Notes: a model not told the origin generated them from the sequence alone. A stretch of 64,000 bases of DNA from an uncultured delta proteobacterium (GCA_963706575.1 CAVPNL010000009.1:1-64000), one strand, 5' to 3'; shown: positions 12,614-22,996, counted from the first letter of the stretch. Made by a program: numbers and translations.

Positions 12614-15178
12614 ATGATCTCCGTCATCAGCCGGGAAAAAGTCAATCATCCCGATTCCATGGAATTGAATAACCAGAAATACCTGGTCAATGTCAGTATG
12701 CTCGTCGGCCTGCCGGTTTTAGGTTTCTTTATGGTCTATGACTTCATTATCGGCCGCTACCTGATCGGAACCATTCTGTTTCTGATGTTCGTCCTGCTTC
12801 TGTGCCTTTTTGTGGCAATTAACAAACCCGGTTACAAAACAAAAGACAGTCAGCTCTATCCTTATTTTTTAACCAGCCTGTTCCTCCTGTTCGGGTTTTT
12901 TATCGCTTACACCGTGGGCGTGGAGGGCAATTTAAGCCGGATGCCGTGGGCCTTTCTCTTTACGGTGCTGGTATTTTTTGCCCTGGGGGCGGCCCGGGCG
13001 TTAATCTGGGTATCGGTTTTATTTTGTGTACTGCTGGTTCTCGAGCTTTATGTCAGCGGCAATGAAAGCCTGGTCATATCAGAATTTAAGCTGCGCTTTT
13101 ATATCGCCTTTATGCTGGTGATCGTTGTCTCTTTCTTTTTCGAACGACTCAAGAAAAAATATCAATTAGAACTGATCGATAATCAGCGGACGCTCAAGGA
13201 GTCCGAAAATCGCTACCGTGAAGCATTTGAACAGCTCAATGATGAAATGACGGTGCGGCGTCGAATAGAAGATGCCTTACAGGAAAGTGAAAAAAACTAT
13301 CGCGCGCTGGTAGAAAATATGCAGGCTTTAATCTGCCGGTTTTTACCGGACGGAACGTTGTCCTTTGTCAACAGTGCCTATTGCCATTATTTCAAGAAGG
13401 CTCGCGAAAAACTTGTCGGAAAGAACTTTTTTAAATTCATTCCTGAAAAAGAACAAAGTAAGGTCAGAAAACATTTTAGATCTCTCACTCAAGAAAATCC
13501 GGTGGTCAGCTACGAACACCAGGTGCTGGCACCGGATGGCGAAATTCGCTGGCAAACATGGACGGATCATGCGATTTTTGACGACAGCGGCGTTCTGCAG
13601 CAGTACCAGTCGATCGGGCTGGATATTACTGAATCAAAAAAAACCGAACAGGCACTTAGAGAAAGTGAAGCACGATTTCGTGAACTGGCCGAATTGATGC
13701 CCGAGACCATTTTTGAAGTCAATTTAGAGGGTCAACTGACATTTGTAAATCGTAACGCCTATAACTATTTTGGCTATACGCAAGCCGATCTCAAGCGGGG
13801 CTTAAGCAGCTTTGACATGATCATACCGGCGGATCGCGATCGCGCGAAAAAAAATGTAGCCAGAATATTAAGCGGCGAGCAGACCGGCATCAATGAATAT
13901 ACCGCCCATCGAAAAGATGGCACTACTTTTCCGGTAATGATTAATTCCGCGCCGATTTTTAAGGAAGGCAAACCCGTTGGATTGCGAGGTTTTGCCATCG
14001 ATATTACCGATCGCAAAACAGCCGAAGAAGAACGCCGCAAACTGGAAGTCCAGTTCCAGCAGGCGCAGCGCTTTGAAGCCCTGGGCACCCTGGCCGGCGG
14101 GATCGCCCATGACTTTAACAACCTCCTGATGAATATCCAGGGAAATACGTCCCTCATGCTCTTTGAACTTAATAACACCCATCCTCATTTTGAGTTGTTG
14201 AAAAATATTGAAAAGCAGGTCAAAAGCGGCGCCCAGCTGACGCGACAGATGCTGGGATATGCCCGCAAAGGAAAATTCAATGTCAAACCGTTAGATTTAA
14301 ATCAGATCGTGGATGAAAGTGCCGAAACTTTCGGGCGAACACGCAAAGAAATTACCATTGAGCGAATATTTGAAAATGATCTGTTTTCGATAGCGGCCGA
14401 TGAAAGTCAGATTGACCAGGTGCTGTTAAACCTTTACGTAAATGCCGCCGACGCGATGCCCGGAGGCGGCAAACTTATTCTAAAAACCCAAAACCAAACC
14501 CATTTGAATATCAAAAGCGACCACTACAATCCAATGCCGGGCAACTATGTTCAACTCACCATTACCGATACCGGCAGCGGTATGGACAAAACGACCCTGG
14601 AACGAATTTTTGACCCCTTTTTTACGACAAAAGAAATGGGCCGGGGCACCGGGCTGGGGTTGGCATCAGTTTACGGTATCATTAAGAGCCATGACGGATA
14701 TATTGATGTGGAATCTGAAAAGGGTCACGGAACAACATTCACCATTTTTCTGCCCGCCAGCGAAAGCGGGGTCGAAGGCGATGCTGAAGCTGACGCCAGA
14801 CTCATTAAAGGAAGCGGTACCCTGATGATCGTTGACGATGAAGAACTGGTGCTGGATGTGGGTGTAAACATGCTTAAAAAATTAGGATACACCGTGCTCA
14901 AAGCTTTAAATGGCACCGAGGCCGTTGAAATTTTTGAAGCCAACAAAGATAAAATCAAAATGGTTATTTTGGACATCATTATGCCGGATATGGGCGGTGG
15001 GCAAGTCTACGACAAAATCAAAGCCATCAACCCGCAAGTGAAAGTTCTGCTCTGCAGCGGCTACAGCGTGGATGGACAGGCAATTGAACTCCTGGAACGC
15101 GGCTGTGAAGGCTTTATGCAGAAACCCTTTACCATGGAAGAGTTGTCGGGGAAGATAACACAAATAATGAAAAAATAA
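12614..15178 (+). CDS. Membrane PAS-PAS hybrid sensor histidine kinase/response regulator
   Basis: Multi-TM N-terminus, two PAS domains, AGGIAHDFNN, NLYVNAADAM, GRGTGLGL and a C-terminal receiver. Confidence 0.95.
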   Translation: MISVISREKVNHPDSMELNNQKYLVNVSMLVGLPVLGFFMVYDFIIGRYLIGTILFLMFVLLLCLFVAINKPGYKTKDSQLYPYFLTSLFLLFGFFIAYTVGVEGNLSRMPWAFLFTVLVFFALGAARALIWVSVLFCVLLVLELYVSGNESLVISEFKLRFYIAFMLVIVVSFFFERLKKKYQLELIDNQRTLKESENRYREAFEQLNDEMTVRRRIEDALQESEKNYRALVENMQALICRFLPDGTLSFVNSAYCHYFKKAREKLVGKNFFKFIPEKEQSKVRKHFRSLTQENPVVSYEHQVLAPDGEIRWQTWTDHAIFDDSGVLQQYQSIGLDITESKKTEQALRESEARFRELAELMPETIFEVNLEGQLTFVNRNAYNYFGYTQADLKRGLSSFDMIIPADRDRAKKNVARILSGEQTGINEYTAHRKDGTTFPVMINSAPIFKEGKPVGLRGFAIDITDRKTAEEERRKLEVQFQQAQRFEALGTLAGGIAHDFNNLLMNIQGNTSLMLFELNNTHPHFELLKNIEKQVKSGAQLTRQMLGYARKGKFNVKPLDLNQIVDESAETFGRTRKEITIERIFENDLFSIAADESQIDQVLLNLYVNAADAMPGGGKLILKTQNQTHLNIKSDHYNPMPGNYVQLTITDTGSGMDKTTLERIFDPFFTTKEMGRGTGLGLASVYGIIKSHDGYIDVESEKGHGTTFTIFLPASESGVEGDAEADARLIKGSGTLMIVDDEELVLDVGVNMLKKLGYTVLKALNGTEAVEIFEANKDKIKMVILDIIMPDMGGGQVYDKIKAINPQVKVLLCSGYSVDGQAIELLERGCEGFMQKPFTMEELSGKITQIMKK

Positions 15179-15508
15179 TTTGTGGGTTGGCCGGTTGCCC
15201 GTTCGCCCGTTCAAAGTGCTCTTTCGTATCTGATTTTACCACCCACCGAAAATCAAAATTCTTGACAGGCTTCAAGCAAAAATTTAATTATAGCAGAACC
15301 CGGCATTCTGTCCGGCTTTTCTTTAATAATTCATTCTGATGCGATAGCGGACCTCTCAATTTCTTCGCACCTTAATAATTGCCCAGGGACACATGATTTA
15401 AATTTCTCCTGCCGAAAAAACACCGATCGAGCTGTTGGAGAACATTGGCCGCCTGTTGGCATGATACCTCTTAAATTTTCAAACAACATTGATCTAGGAG
15501 GTTGCTAA

Positions 15509-16867
15509 ATGAAGCCTTCGGTCCAATTCGCCAAAAGAAAAGACGGCATCACCATTGCCTATTCAGTATTTGGAAATGGCCCCCCGCTTGTATTGCCTCC
15601 TCCTTGGGTAACGAGTCTTTCCTTGGTTATAGAAGACCCATTTATGAATCAATATATAGAGCGACTCGCCCAATACATGATGGTCATCTTTTACGATAAG
15701 CATGGCTGTGGTCAATCTGATAAGAATCGAACGGAATTTACGCTCGAGTCCGAACTGTTGGACCTTGAAACAGTGGTGGACCATATAGGCCTTGAAGAAT
15801 TCTACCTTTTTGGAGCCTCCATGTCAGGCCCCTTAACAATAGCATATACAGCCCGCCATCCGAAAAGAGTCACTCGTTTGATACTCTATGGGACCTATGC
15901 GAATGGGGAAACTCTCGCTAAAAAAAAGGTTCAGGCTGCCATAATATCCTTAATCAAAGCATCATGGGGCCTTGGTTCCAAAGCGCTTGCCGATGTCTTC
16001 ATTCCGGGAGCTAACTCGGAAGAGCTTCAAAGCCTTGCCAAGTTCCAGCGATTATCCTCCAGCGCTGATATGGCCGCCAAGCTACTGGAGCTTTGCTATT
16101 CAGTTGATGTAACAAACGTTCTTTCCAGCATTAAACCGCCAACCCTGATCTTGCATCGGGACAATGATAAAGCAATTTTAATCGATCATGGCAGACAGCT
16201 TGCTGCTGAGATCCCGGATGCACATTTTAAGATATTGGGTGGAGGTTTTCACCCTCCGTGGTATGGAGAATCAAATGAAATCATTGATGAAGTCTTGGAT
16301 TTCACCGGCATCGTAATATCAGATATGGCAAATGGTGATATTCGAGATTTTTCCGGTGAAGAATCTGAACCAGCCGAACAGGCCACTATCGTTTTTAGCG
16401 ATATTGTCTCATCGACGGATCTGGTCAACAACCTCGGCGATGCAGATGCCCGCGATATTTTTCTGCAGCACGACAAAATCATCAGAGATAAAATTAAAAA
16501 ATACAACGGAACGGAGCTGCAAAACCTGGGGGATGGCTTCATGCTGTCTTTTGAGTCGGCAACCTCCGCCATCAAATGCGCCTGTGCGATCCAGAAAGAA
16601 ATCGCGCAAAACCTTCCTCAAATCCACCTCCGCATCGGCATCAATACCGGTGAGGTTATTCAGCGTGAGGGCCGGCGCCCTTTCGGCCAGGCAGTGGTCC
16701 TGGCTTCAAGAATTGTTTCAGAATGCGAAGGCGGACAGATTTTAATTTCCGATATTTCCAAACAGCTGGCAGCCGGCGGCAAATTCAGCGTTAGCGAAAA
16801 AGGCAAATTCAAACCCAAGGGTTTTGATGATAATATAAAATTGCATGAGGTTTCATGGAAAGACTAA
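15509..16867 (+). CDS. Alpha/beta-hydrolase fused to a class III nucleotide cyclase domain (LipJ/Rv1900c-like architecture)
   Basis: YDKHGCGQS and nucleophile elbow GASMSG, then VFSDIVSST, LGDGFM and LRIGINTGEV. Confidence 0.88.
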   Translation: MKPSVQFAKRKDGITIAYSVFGNGPPLVLPPPWVTSLSLVIEDPFMNQYIERLAQYMMVIFYDKHGCGQSDKNRTEFTLESELLDLETVVDHIGLEEFYLFGASMSGPLTIAYTARHPKRVTRLILYGTYANGETLAKKKVQAAIISLIKASWGLGSKALADVFIPGANSEELQSLAKFQRLSSSADMAAKLLELCYSVDVTNVLSSIKPPTLILHRDNDKAILIDHGRQLAAEIPDAHFKILGGGFHPPWYGESNEIIDEVLDFTGIVISDMANGDIRDFSGEESEPAEQATIVFSDIVSSTDLVNNLGDADARDIFLQHDKIIRDKIKKYNGTELQNLGDGFMLSFESATSAIKCACAIQKEIAQNLPQIHLRIGINTGEVIQREGRRPFGQAVVLASRIVSECEGGQILISDISKQLAAGGKFSVSEKGKFKPKGFDDNIKLHEVSWKD

Positions 16868-17293
16868 AAGCATGTTTTTTTACGGCCTAGCGTCTTTCAA
16901 CAAAACAATTGAGCTCTGTGAGCAAAACAAATCAGAAATTTACCTGCAACAGGCAAAGAGGGCCCTGGCGTCTTTACCCCGATAAGATTATCTCACGCAA
17001 ACCCGCCCTGCTCGCATTCCCGTTCATAACCTCATTAATCCGCTAGACACGTGAAGTGCTTTTGTCCAAATTTTACCCGGTGTAATCTTAATTCAATTTT
17101 GAATGAATTCCAAAATTCCACTTAGGTTTTATTATCGAAGATTTCCAATAATTTATCCGATATTGGATTAATTGCCAAAATTAACCATTGGTAATATTTT
17201 AACCTTTTCGGGCGCTTTTGGTGTATAATTAAACAAGCGCTTGATTGCCCTCTCAGAAACTCGTTTAACTTTAACCCGTAACTATCGGATAAT

Positions 17294-18043
17294 ATGAAAT
17301 CTATTGTTGTCAGTGATCTGCACATCGGCTCCCGCTACTTTTTGCACGAAAACTTTATGCAATTTCTAGAGAATATCCCCCAAGATAATGAAATTATTTT
17401 AAATGGCGATATCATTAACAATCCATACGGCAAAATGAAGCCGGCTGACCAACAGATACTGGATTGGTTTGGAGAAATCTCACTTCAGCAGAAGATCGTC
17501 TGGGTGCGGGGAAATCACGACAACGGGTATATCCCCGATAATTTAGGAAAAATACAGATAAAGCAGCACTATGCTCTACAAAAAAGACTGTTCGTCACCC
17601 ATGGAGATTTTTTCGATGAGGTCATGCCTCGCAGTCAGATGTTCATAAAGGCCTTTAAAATGATGCATGATCTGCGGGTTAAACTGGGTGCCCGACCGAT
17701 CCACGTGGCCCAATATGCCAAGAAATGGAAAAGCTTTTACGAGTATCTGCGAAAAAATGTCATGTTAAATGCTGTAAATTATGCCGCAGCAAACGGATTT
17801 GAAGCCGTCACCTGCGGGCATACCCACTTTGCTGAAGAACAGTTTATTAATGGAATCAAATATTTAAACACCGGCGCCTGGACCGAACGGCCGACCTATT
17901 ACGTGCGCGTAACCGATAATGAAATCACGCTGAATAAAACAGCGGATTCAGCCGATCTGCGAAAATCCTCACGGGCTGAAATCGTCCACATGTCATCTGA
18001 CCTTCATCAGTCCCCCACGCAAGCGGTCTCCCCTCACAACTAA
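17294..18043 (+). CDS. Metallophosphoesterase, UDP-2,3-diacylglucosamine hydrolase-like
   Basis: Motifs DLHIG, GDII, GNHD, THGD, CGHTH and YLNTGAW. Confidence 0.85.
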   Translation: MKSIVVSDLHIGSRYFLHENFMQFLENIPQDNEIILNGDIINNPYGKMKPADQQILDWFGEISLQQKIVWVRGNHDNGYIPDNLGKIQIKQHYALQKRLFVTHGDFFDEVMPRSQMFIKAFKMMHDLRVKLGARPIHVAQYAKKWKSFYEYLRKNVMLNAVNYAAANGFEAVTCGHTHFAEEQFINGIKYLNTGAWTERPTYYVRVTDNEITLNKTADSADLRKSSRAEIVHMSSDLHQSPTQAVSPHN

Positions 18044-18055
18044 AGGTGCGATATT

Positions 18056-18127
18056 TCTCACGCAAAGCCGCAAAGAATAATGATTTAAATAACAAAAAAA
18101 CTTTGCGCTTTTGCGTCTTCGCGTGAG
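18056..18127. repeat. Intergenic palindrome built from CGCAAAG/CTTTGCG units
   Basis: ctcacgcaaagccgcaaag ... ctttgcgcttttgcgtcttcgcgtgag around an AT-rich loop. Confidence 0.7.
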
Positions 18128-18231
18128 GCTTAAATCTGCTGTTCATTTTAAGCACTTCTTTTTTCTTGATCCACCCCATACCATAAGCTATTGATGAACC
18201 TTTATTTAACTCTTTTTTACAGGAGACAATC

Positions 18232-19728
18232 ATGGGAGGCTTTAAGGAGTACGATCAATACGATGGTCTTGGGTTGGCCGAGCTGGTCAAGAAAAAGGAA
18301 GTTTCAGCTGTTGAAATATGCGAAGAAGCCATTACGCGAATCGAACGCGTCAACCCTGCTTTGAATGCCGTCATCACTCCAATGTATGATCAGGCCCGCC
18401 AGGTTGTTGCGGCAACTCTGCCGGATGGCCCTTTTGCCGGAGTGCCCTTCCTGCTGAAGGATTTGCTGGGAGATTTTGCCGGTGTTCCCCAGACCATGGG
18501 ATCCCGGGCATGTAAAAATTACATCCCTGCCCAAGACAGTGAGCTGGTAAAACGCTACAAGCAAGCCGGTTTGGTGATTCTGGGCAAGACCAACACCCCG
18601 GAATTCGGATTACTGGGCATCACGGAACCTGAATTGCACGGACCCACCCGTAATCCCTGGAATCCGGACCATACACCGGGGGGCTCAAGCGGTGGATCCG
18701 CCGCTGCGATCGCCAGCGGCATGGTGCCGCTGGCCTCGGCTAATGACGGCGCGGGATCGATCCGCATCCCAGCGGCATGTTGCGGGTTGTTTGGCTTGAA
18801 AGTGACCCGCGGCCGCACGCCCAACGGCCCGATCCACGGCCGGACCTGGCAGGGAGCTGTTGTTGAACATGTCATCAGCCGGTCCGTGCGGGATAGCGCC
18901 GCCATTCTGGATTCAACCCAGGGCGCGGATGCCGGCGCCCCCTTTGTCATCCCGCCGCCGCAACAGACCTACATGAAGGAAATCGAAGATCGACCCGGTC
19001 GTCTCAGAATCGCCTTCAACACCCGATCGCCAATCGATACCGACGTTCATCCGGAATGCATCCGGGCGGTGGAACAAACAGTGGGTCTGCTGGATGAATT
19101 GGGCCACAAGGTGGAAGAAGCAGGCCCGGAGGTTGACGGCCAGGCCCTGGCCAGGGGCCTTCTAATCCTGTATTCGGCTGAAGTTACAGCAATTTTTGAC
19201 GCGCTGGCTCCACTTCTGGGAAGAAAAGTAAAACCGTCGGACGTGGAAACCGTTACCTGGACGCTGGGTTTGCTGGGTCGAACCTATTCTGCCGGCCAGA
19301 TCGTAAAAGCGAATCGAGAATGGGAACTGGCAGGCAGAATCATGGGCCGCTTTCATGAAACATATGATCTTTACCTGACCCCCACGCTGGCATACCCGCC
19401 GGTCAAAATCGGCGAGCTGGCAACAAAACCCATCGATCGTATCTTACTGAAAGTGATCAATTCATTGCGACTGGGCCGTTTGCTGATCGCCTCGGGTGTG
19501 ACCGACAAACTGGCGGTGGAAAACCTTGCAAAAACGCCTTTTACGCAGCTGGCCAACTTCACCGGGCAGCCGGCAATGTCGGTGCCCCTGCATTGGACCC
19601 CCGATAACCTGCCCTGCGGCGTGCAGTTCGTGGGCCGCTACGGCGACGAAGCCACCCTGCTGCGGCTGGCCGCCCAACTGGAAGAAGCGCAACCCTGGTT
19701 CGATAAACGCCCACCGGTATTTGCATAA
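18232..19728 (+). CDS. Amidase signature family protein
   Basis: Motifs GVPFLLKD, GKTNTPEFG, GGSSGGSAA and DGAGSIRIPA. Confidence 0.93.
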   Translation: MGGFKEYDQYDGLGLAELVKKKEVSAVEICEEAITRIERVNPALNAVITPMYDQARQVVAATLPDGPFAGVPFLLKDLLGDFAGVPQTMGSRACKNYIPAQDSELVKRYKQAGLVILGKTNTPEFGLLGITEPELHGPTRNPWNPDHTPGGSSGGSAAAIASGMVPLASANDGAGSIRIPAACCGLFGLKVTRGRTPNGPIHGRTWQGAVVEHVISRSVRDSAAILDSTQGADAGAPFVIPPPQQTYMKEIEDRPGRLRIAFNTRSPIDTDVHPECIRAVEQTVGLLDELGHKVEEAGPEVDGQALARGLLILYSAEVTAIFDALAPLLGRKVKPSDVETVTWTLGLLGRTYSAGQIVKANREWELAGRIMGRFHETYDLYLTPTLAYPPVKIGELATKPIDRILLKVINSLRLGRLLIASGVTDKLAVENLAKTPFTQLANFTGQPAMSVPLHWTPDNLPCGVQFVGRYGDEATLLRLAAQLEEAQPWFDKRPPVFA

Positions 19729-20019
19729 CGATCCATAAAGCGTTAAAAGCATCCAACAAGCTTACCGCCATAACTTGCTCGCCGAGGCGAAGCTCGATAG
19801 AGCGAAGAATGGTCATTTTCCGGCTTGGTCCGCCGATTTTTGTTGAGGACTTGTGCGCCTCTGGCGTATTTAACCGGGGAGCTGACAACGAAGTTGTAGT
19901 TGGTAAAAACGCAACAAATCAACCCCGTCTCCTTTATACTTAAATCGGATCGAGTTATTTATATATTTATGGACGTCTCCCTCTTTTTTATATTCATGAC
20001 CGTCCCCATTCTTCTTCCG

Positions 20020-20556
20020 CTATAACTCCTCAGTTGTTTTATGTACCCATTGCAGAAGGTGTTCTCGCAGCTGTTCGTCGATTGGCATCATGTGGATTCG
20101 TTCTATAAGGGTTTCTGCGGCAATCATCTTCTCGGTTAAGAGAACGCGTAGGAAATCTCTATCTTTTTCTCTGTAAGCCACAAGCTTGCTGGCTGCAAGA
20201 TCGTGAATCTCTATACACCAACCCGTTTTGCCCCTGGTTGATATCTCGTCATGGATTGGCTTTGTTCTGTCTTGCCAGCCTTGGGGAAGAGTCGTGGCTT
20301 CTTCTATAGGCAAACCATGTACATAGAAACCGTGCGTCTGATGAAATAGAGAAAGCTCTCCTAATGCACCATCGATTAGGTCCACATTATCAGGCCGGTT
20401 CTTTGGTTGCACATCCACCTCTATAGAAGCGCGGAGGTCTTTCGGCGCATCCGGAAATTCTGCTAGAATTGCTTGAGAGCCGAATATCCATATCTCGTTA
20501 TCTTCAGAAACATCGCATGCCGCACGAATTGCGTGTTCAAGCTGTTCACGCGTCAT
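20020..20556 (-). CDS. DUF6036-like nucleotidyltransferase, putative toxin
   Basis: MTREQLEHAIRAAC, IFGSQAIL, ASIEVDV, GELSLFHQTHGFY and DLAASKL...REKD match my recollection of this family. Confidence 0.7.
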   Translation of the reverse strand: MTREQLEHAIRAACDVSEDNEIWIFGSQAILAEFPDAPKDLRASIEVDVQPKNRPDNVDLIDGALGELSLFHQTHGFYVHGLPIEEATTLPQGWQDRTKPIHDEISTRGKTGWCIEIHDLAASKLVAYREKDRDFLRVLLTEKMIAAETLIERIHMMPIDEQLREHLLQWVHKTTEEL

Positions 20557-21506
20557 TGTTTCCCTCCGAGCCCATTCAGTAAACGACGCCGTTCGTCAGA
20601 GTTTAGTATGGCGAAAATGGGATTGCTCTGACGCAAACGGTTGGCTCTTTCACTGGTTGCCGTTAAAAATCGCGACAAACGCCGAATGGAATATGATTCC
20701 AGAATATCGCGCCACTCCTCAATATCCTTGGTTGCTAACCCATGATCTTTTTTTAACATGCGTTGGACGTGTTCCTTTGCCCGTCGCACGAGGGAAGTAT
20801 CGTGTTCTATGGCTTCAGCTAACTTGCGCGACAGCTCCAGCAACCGTTGGTCCTTTTCCTCATGAGTTGTGTGCGATGCGTCCGTATCCCGACTATGCTG
20901 GTCCGGGAAAGGCAGAAATCCATACAGCGATTTAACCTTATCGGCTTCTAAATTGGGAAGGTCAGCTTTTGTATAACCCTTCACCTCAATGGTAAGATCG
21001 AAGTTTCGTTCTATCTGACGGAGTTTCTTCCTCAGCTGCTGAATGTAGTTGGCCAGATGCCGGGTCTCATGCAGGATGCCCATTATCATCGGATCTCCAA
21101 ACACTCCCGGAAACTCCTGAATCCATGCCGAGTGCGCATAAGGCACCACTTTCTCAATTGCTTCTCTAATCGCGCTGAGTAGCGCTTCATATCGGTCTTT
21201 TTCAGATTGAAAAAGCTTCAGTAAGGCTTTTACAAGCGCATCAGAACGGCGAAGTTCATATTGATGTCTTCGACCCCCACCAACGCGAACGATAATACCC
21301 GACTTGAGGAGTCGATTTAATGCCTTATGTGCCCCGGGAATTGTAAGCCCAGCCAGCGCTGCGGCATTAGACGGGGTGAGGGGTCCATCGACCTCGCTTG
21401 CCAGAACTCTCAAAAGGCGCACATGCGCTTCCGTGCCTAAGAGTTCATTTAGGGGATTACGCAAGGAATTCTGATTACCGACGATCGGTCGCATGGCCAA
21501 ACACAC
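20553..21506 (-). CDS. Winged-HTH / degenerate nucleotidyltransferase-like / helical domain fusion, putative antitoxin-regulator
   Basis: N-terminal wHTH (LLGTEAHVRLLRVL...GLTIPGAHKALNRLLKSGII) and C-terminal EWRDIL...SERANRLRQSNP. Its stop overlaps the next start as ATGA at 20553-20556. Confidence 0.65.
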   Translation of the reverse strand: MCLAMRPIVGNQNSLRNPLNELLGTEAHVRLLRVLASEVDGPLTPSNAAALAGLTIPGAHKALNRLLKSGIIVRVGGGRRHQYELRRSDALVKALLKLFQSEKDRYEALLSAIREAIEKVVPYAHSAWIQEFPGVFGDPMIMGILHETRHLANYIQQLRKKLRQIERNFDLTIEVKGYTKADLPNLEADKVKSLYGFLPFPDQHSRDTDASHTTHEEKDQRLLELSRKLAEAIEHDTSLVRRAKEHVQRMLKKDHGLATKDIEEWRDILESYSIRRLSRFLTATSERANRLRQSNPIFAILNSDERRRLLNGLGGKQ

Positions 21507-21550
21507 TCCTTATAAGTCAAGATATATGCAAAGAATATAAATCTCATGAA

Positions 21551-21637
21551 ACAAACTATAGTTTATATTTATTAACTATAATTATATTTCATAAACTATA
21601 GTTTATAACAATATAGCAACATCCACTAACAATGCAA
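21551..21637 (-). promoter_or_regulatory. Promoter followed by three 20-bp-spaced palindromic operators (AAACTATAGTTT)
   Basis: Units acaaactatagtttatattt / attaactataattatatttc / ataaactatagtttataaca. On the minus strand TTGCAT (21637-21632) and TGcTATATT (21618-21610) lie immediately upstream. Confidence 0.7.
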
Positions 21638-21781
21638 GTGTTTTGTAAATAAATCTATAATTAAATAAGTCTAAATTTCGATGGAGTGTTAGAGTAGCGG
21701 AGAGATGGAGTGATGGAAATGCAAAATGCAGGAGTGTTTCAGCTCACCCCTGGGCCGAGTTGAATAAATGTAAATTAAAAA

Positions 21782-22996
21782 TTATTTCTGAATGCTCTGG
21801 TCGTCTATCCCCTGCAGCAGCTGCTCCATATACCAGATCTGTTTGTCGCTGGCGGTTTGACCGGCCTTAACAAACGGTTTGCCATCCTGATAATTCAAAG
21901 GGCCTTTAAATAGATTGACTTTTCCGGTTGCCAGATCGCTGATGAATTTATTCAGTTGTACCGTTGAAGACTCCGCAAGTGCCGGGCCGGCAGCGAAACC
22001 AACAGTGGTGGTATCGGTGTTGACATCTTTCCAGTCCGGTTTAAGCCAGATCCACTTGCGTTTCCACTTACCGGACCTGGCAGCCTTGATAAGATAAATA
22101 TAGCCCGGGCCCCAGTTAAAAAAGGGTACGCCAAGACAAACATCGGACATGCCTTCGCAGGCTGCGGCATTATCATAGGGTATTGCCCATACGGTTTTGC
22201 CTTTCTCGCGTACTTGTTTGGCGACGACCGGGATTTCGGTCGCCGTAATACCGGAGATGACGACATCGAAGTCGGTATTGAAATAATCATTGGAAACCTG
22301 GACGGGATCCTTTGTGGTGCCGGGGATATTAAACCAGAAGCCAATCCAGGTCACATGAAATTTCAAATCCTTCGGGTCTTTTTTCAGCACATCTGTCCAG
22401 GCATATCTGGCACCCAGATAACAGGACGAAGCCAGCCGACGGGATTGTTCGTTGTTAAGCGGGCCAATATAACCGATCTTCCCTGTTTTGGTGGTTAGAG
22501 CAGCTGCGAATCCGGCCATCATTTTACCGTATTCCATGCGGCCCATTAAATTGCTGAGATTCCTGGGCGCTTTTCCGGTGAGCACATCATCTCCGGCTAT
22601 TTGTATAAAATTGATCCGGGGATGCTTTCGGGCCGCTTCACGGATGTCGTTTTGCATGTCAACCGAGTTGGCGATGATCAGTTTGGCACCTTTCTCCACC
22701 AGATCATCCACCAGCTGGGTAATCGTCACGTCCGGGCGATCGGTCGGGTTGGCCCGGTCAATGTAAATCATTTTCGTTTCGGCCATGGTTTCGACGACAT
22801 ATCTGCCACCTTCATAATGTGCCTGGTTTAACCCTTGATCATCATGGGGGCCAACCAAGAGCAAGCCAAAAACAAAGGGTTTCGCCACTGCAATCGCGTT
22901 TGCCGGAAGCATGACGGCCATCATTGCCAGGAAACTGAGCATCACAACAACCCATCGTCTTTTGACAAGCATCAATATCCCCTCCGGGCCAAACAA
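21782..22996 (-). CDS. BMP family ABC transporter substrate-binding protein
   Basis: Signal peptide, LLVGPHDDQGLNQAH, TKTGKIGYIG, WIGFWF and FNWGP. Confidence 0.88.
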   Translation of the reverse strand: MFGPEGILMLVKRRWVVVMLSFLAMMAVMLPANAIAVAKPFVFGLLLVGPHDDQGLNQAHYEGGRYVVETMAETKMIYIDRANPTDRPDVTITQLVDDLVEKGAKLIIANSVDMQNDIREAARKHPRINFIQIAGDDVLTGKAPRNLSNLMGRMEYGKMMAGFAAALTTKTGKIGYIGPLNNEQSRRLASSCYLGARYAWTDVLKKDPKDLKFHVTWIGFWFNIPGTTKDPVQVSNDYFNTDFDVVISGITATEIPVVAKQVREKGKTVWAIPYDNAAACEGMSDVCLGVPFFNWGPGYIYLIKAARSGKWKRKWIWLKPDWKDVNTDTTTVGFAAGPALAESSTVQLNKFISDLATGKVNLFKGPLNYQDGKPFVKAGQTASDKQIWYMEQLLQGIDDQSIQK

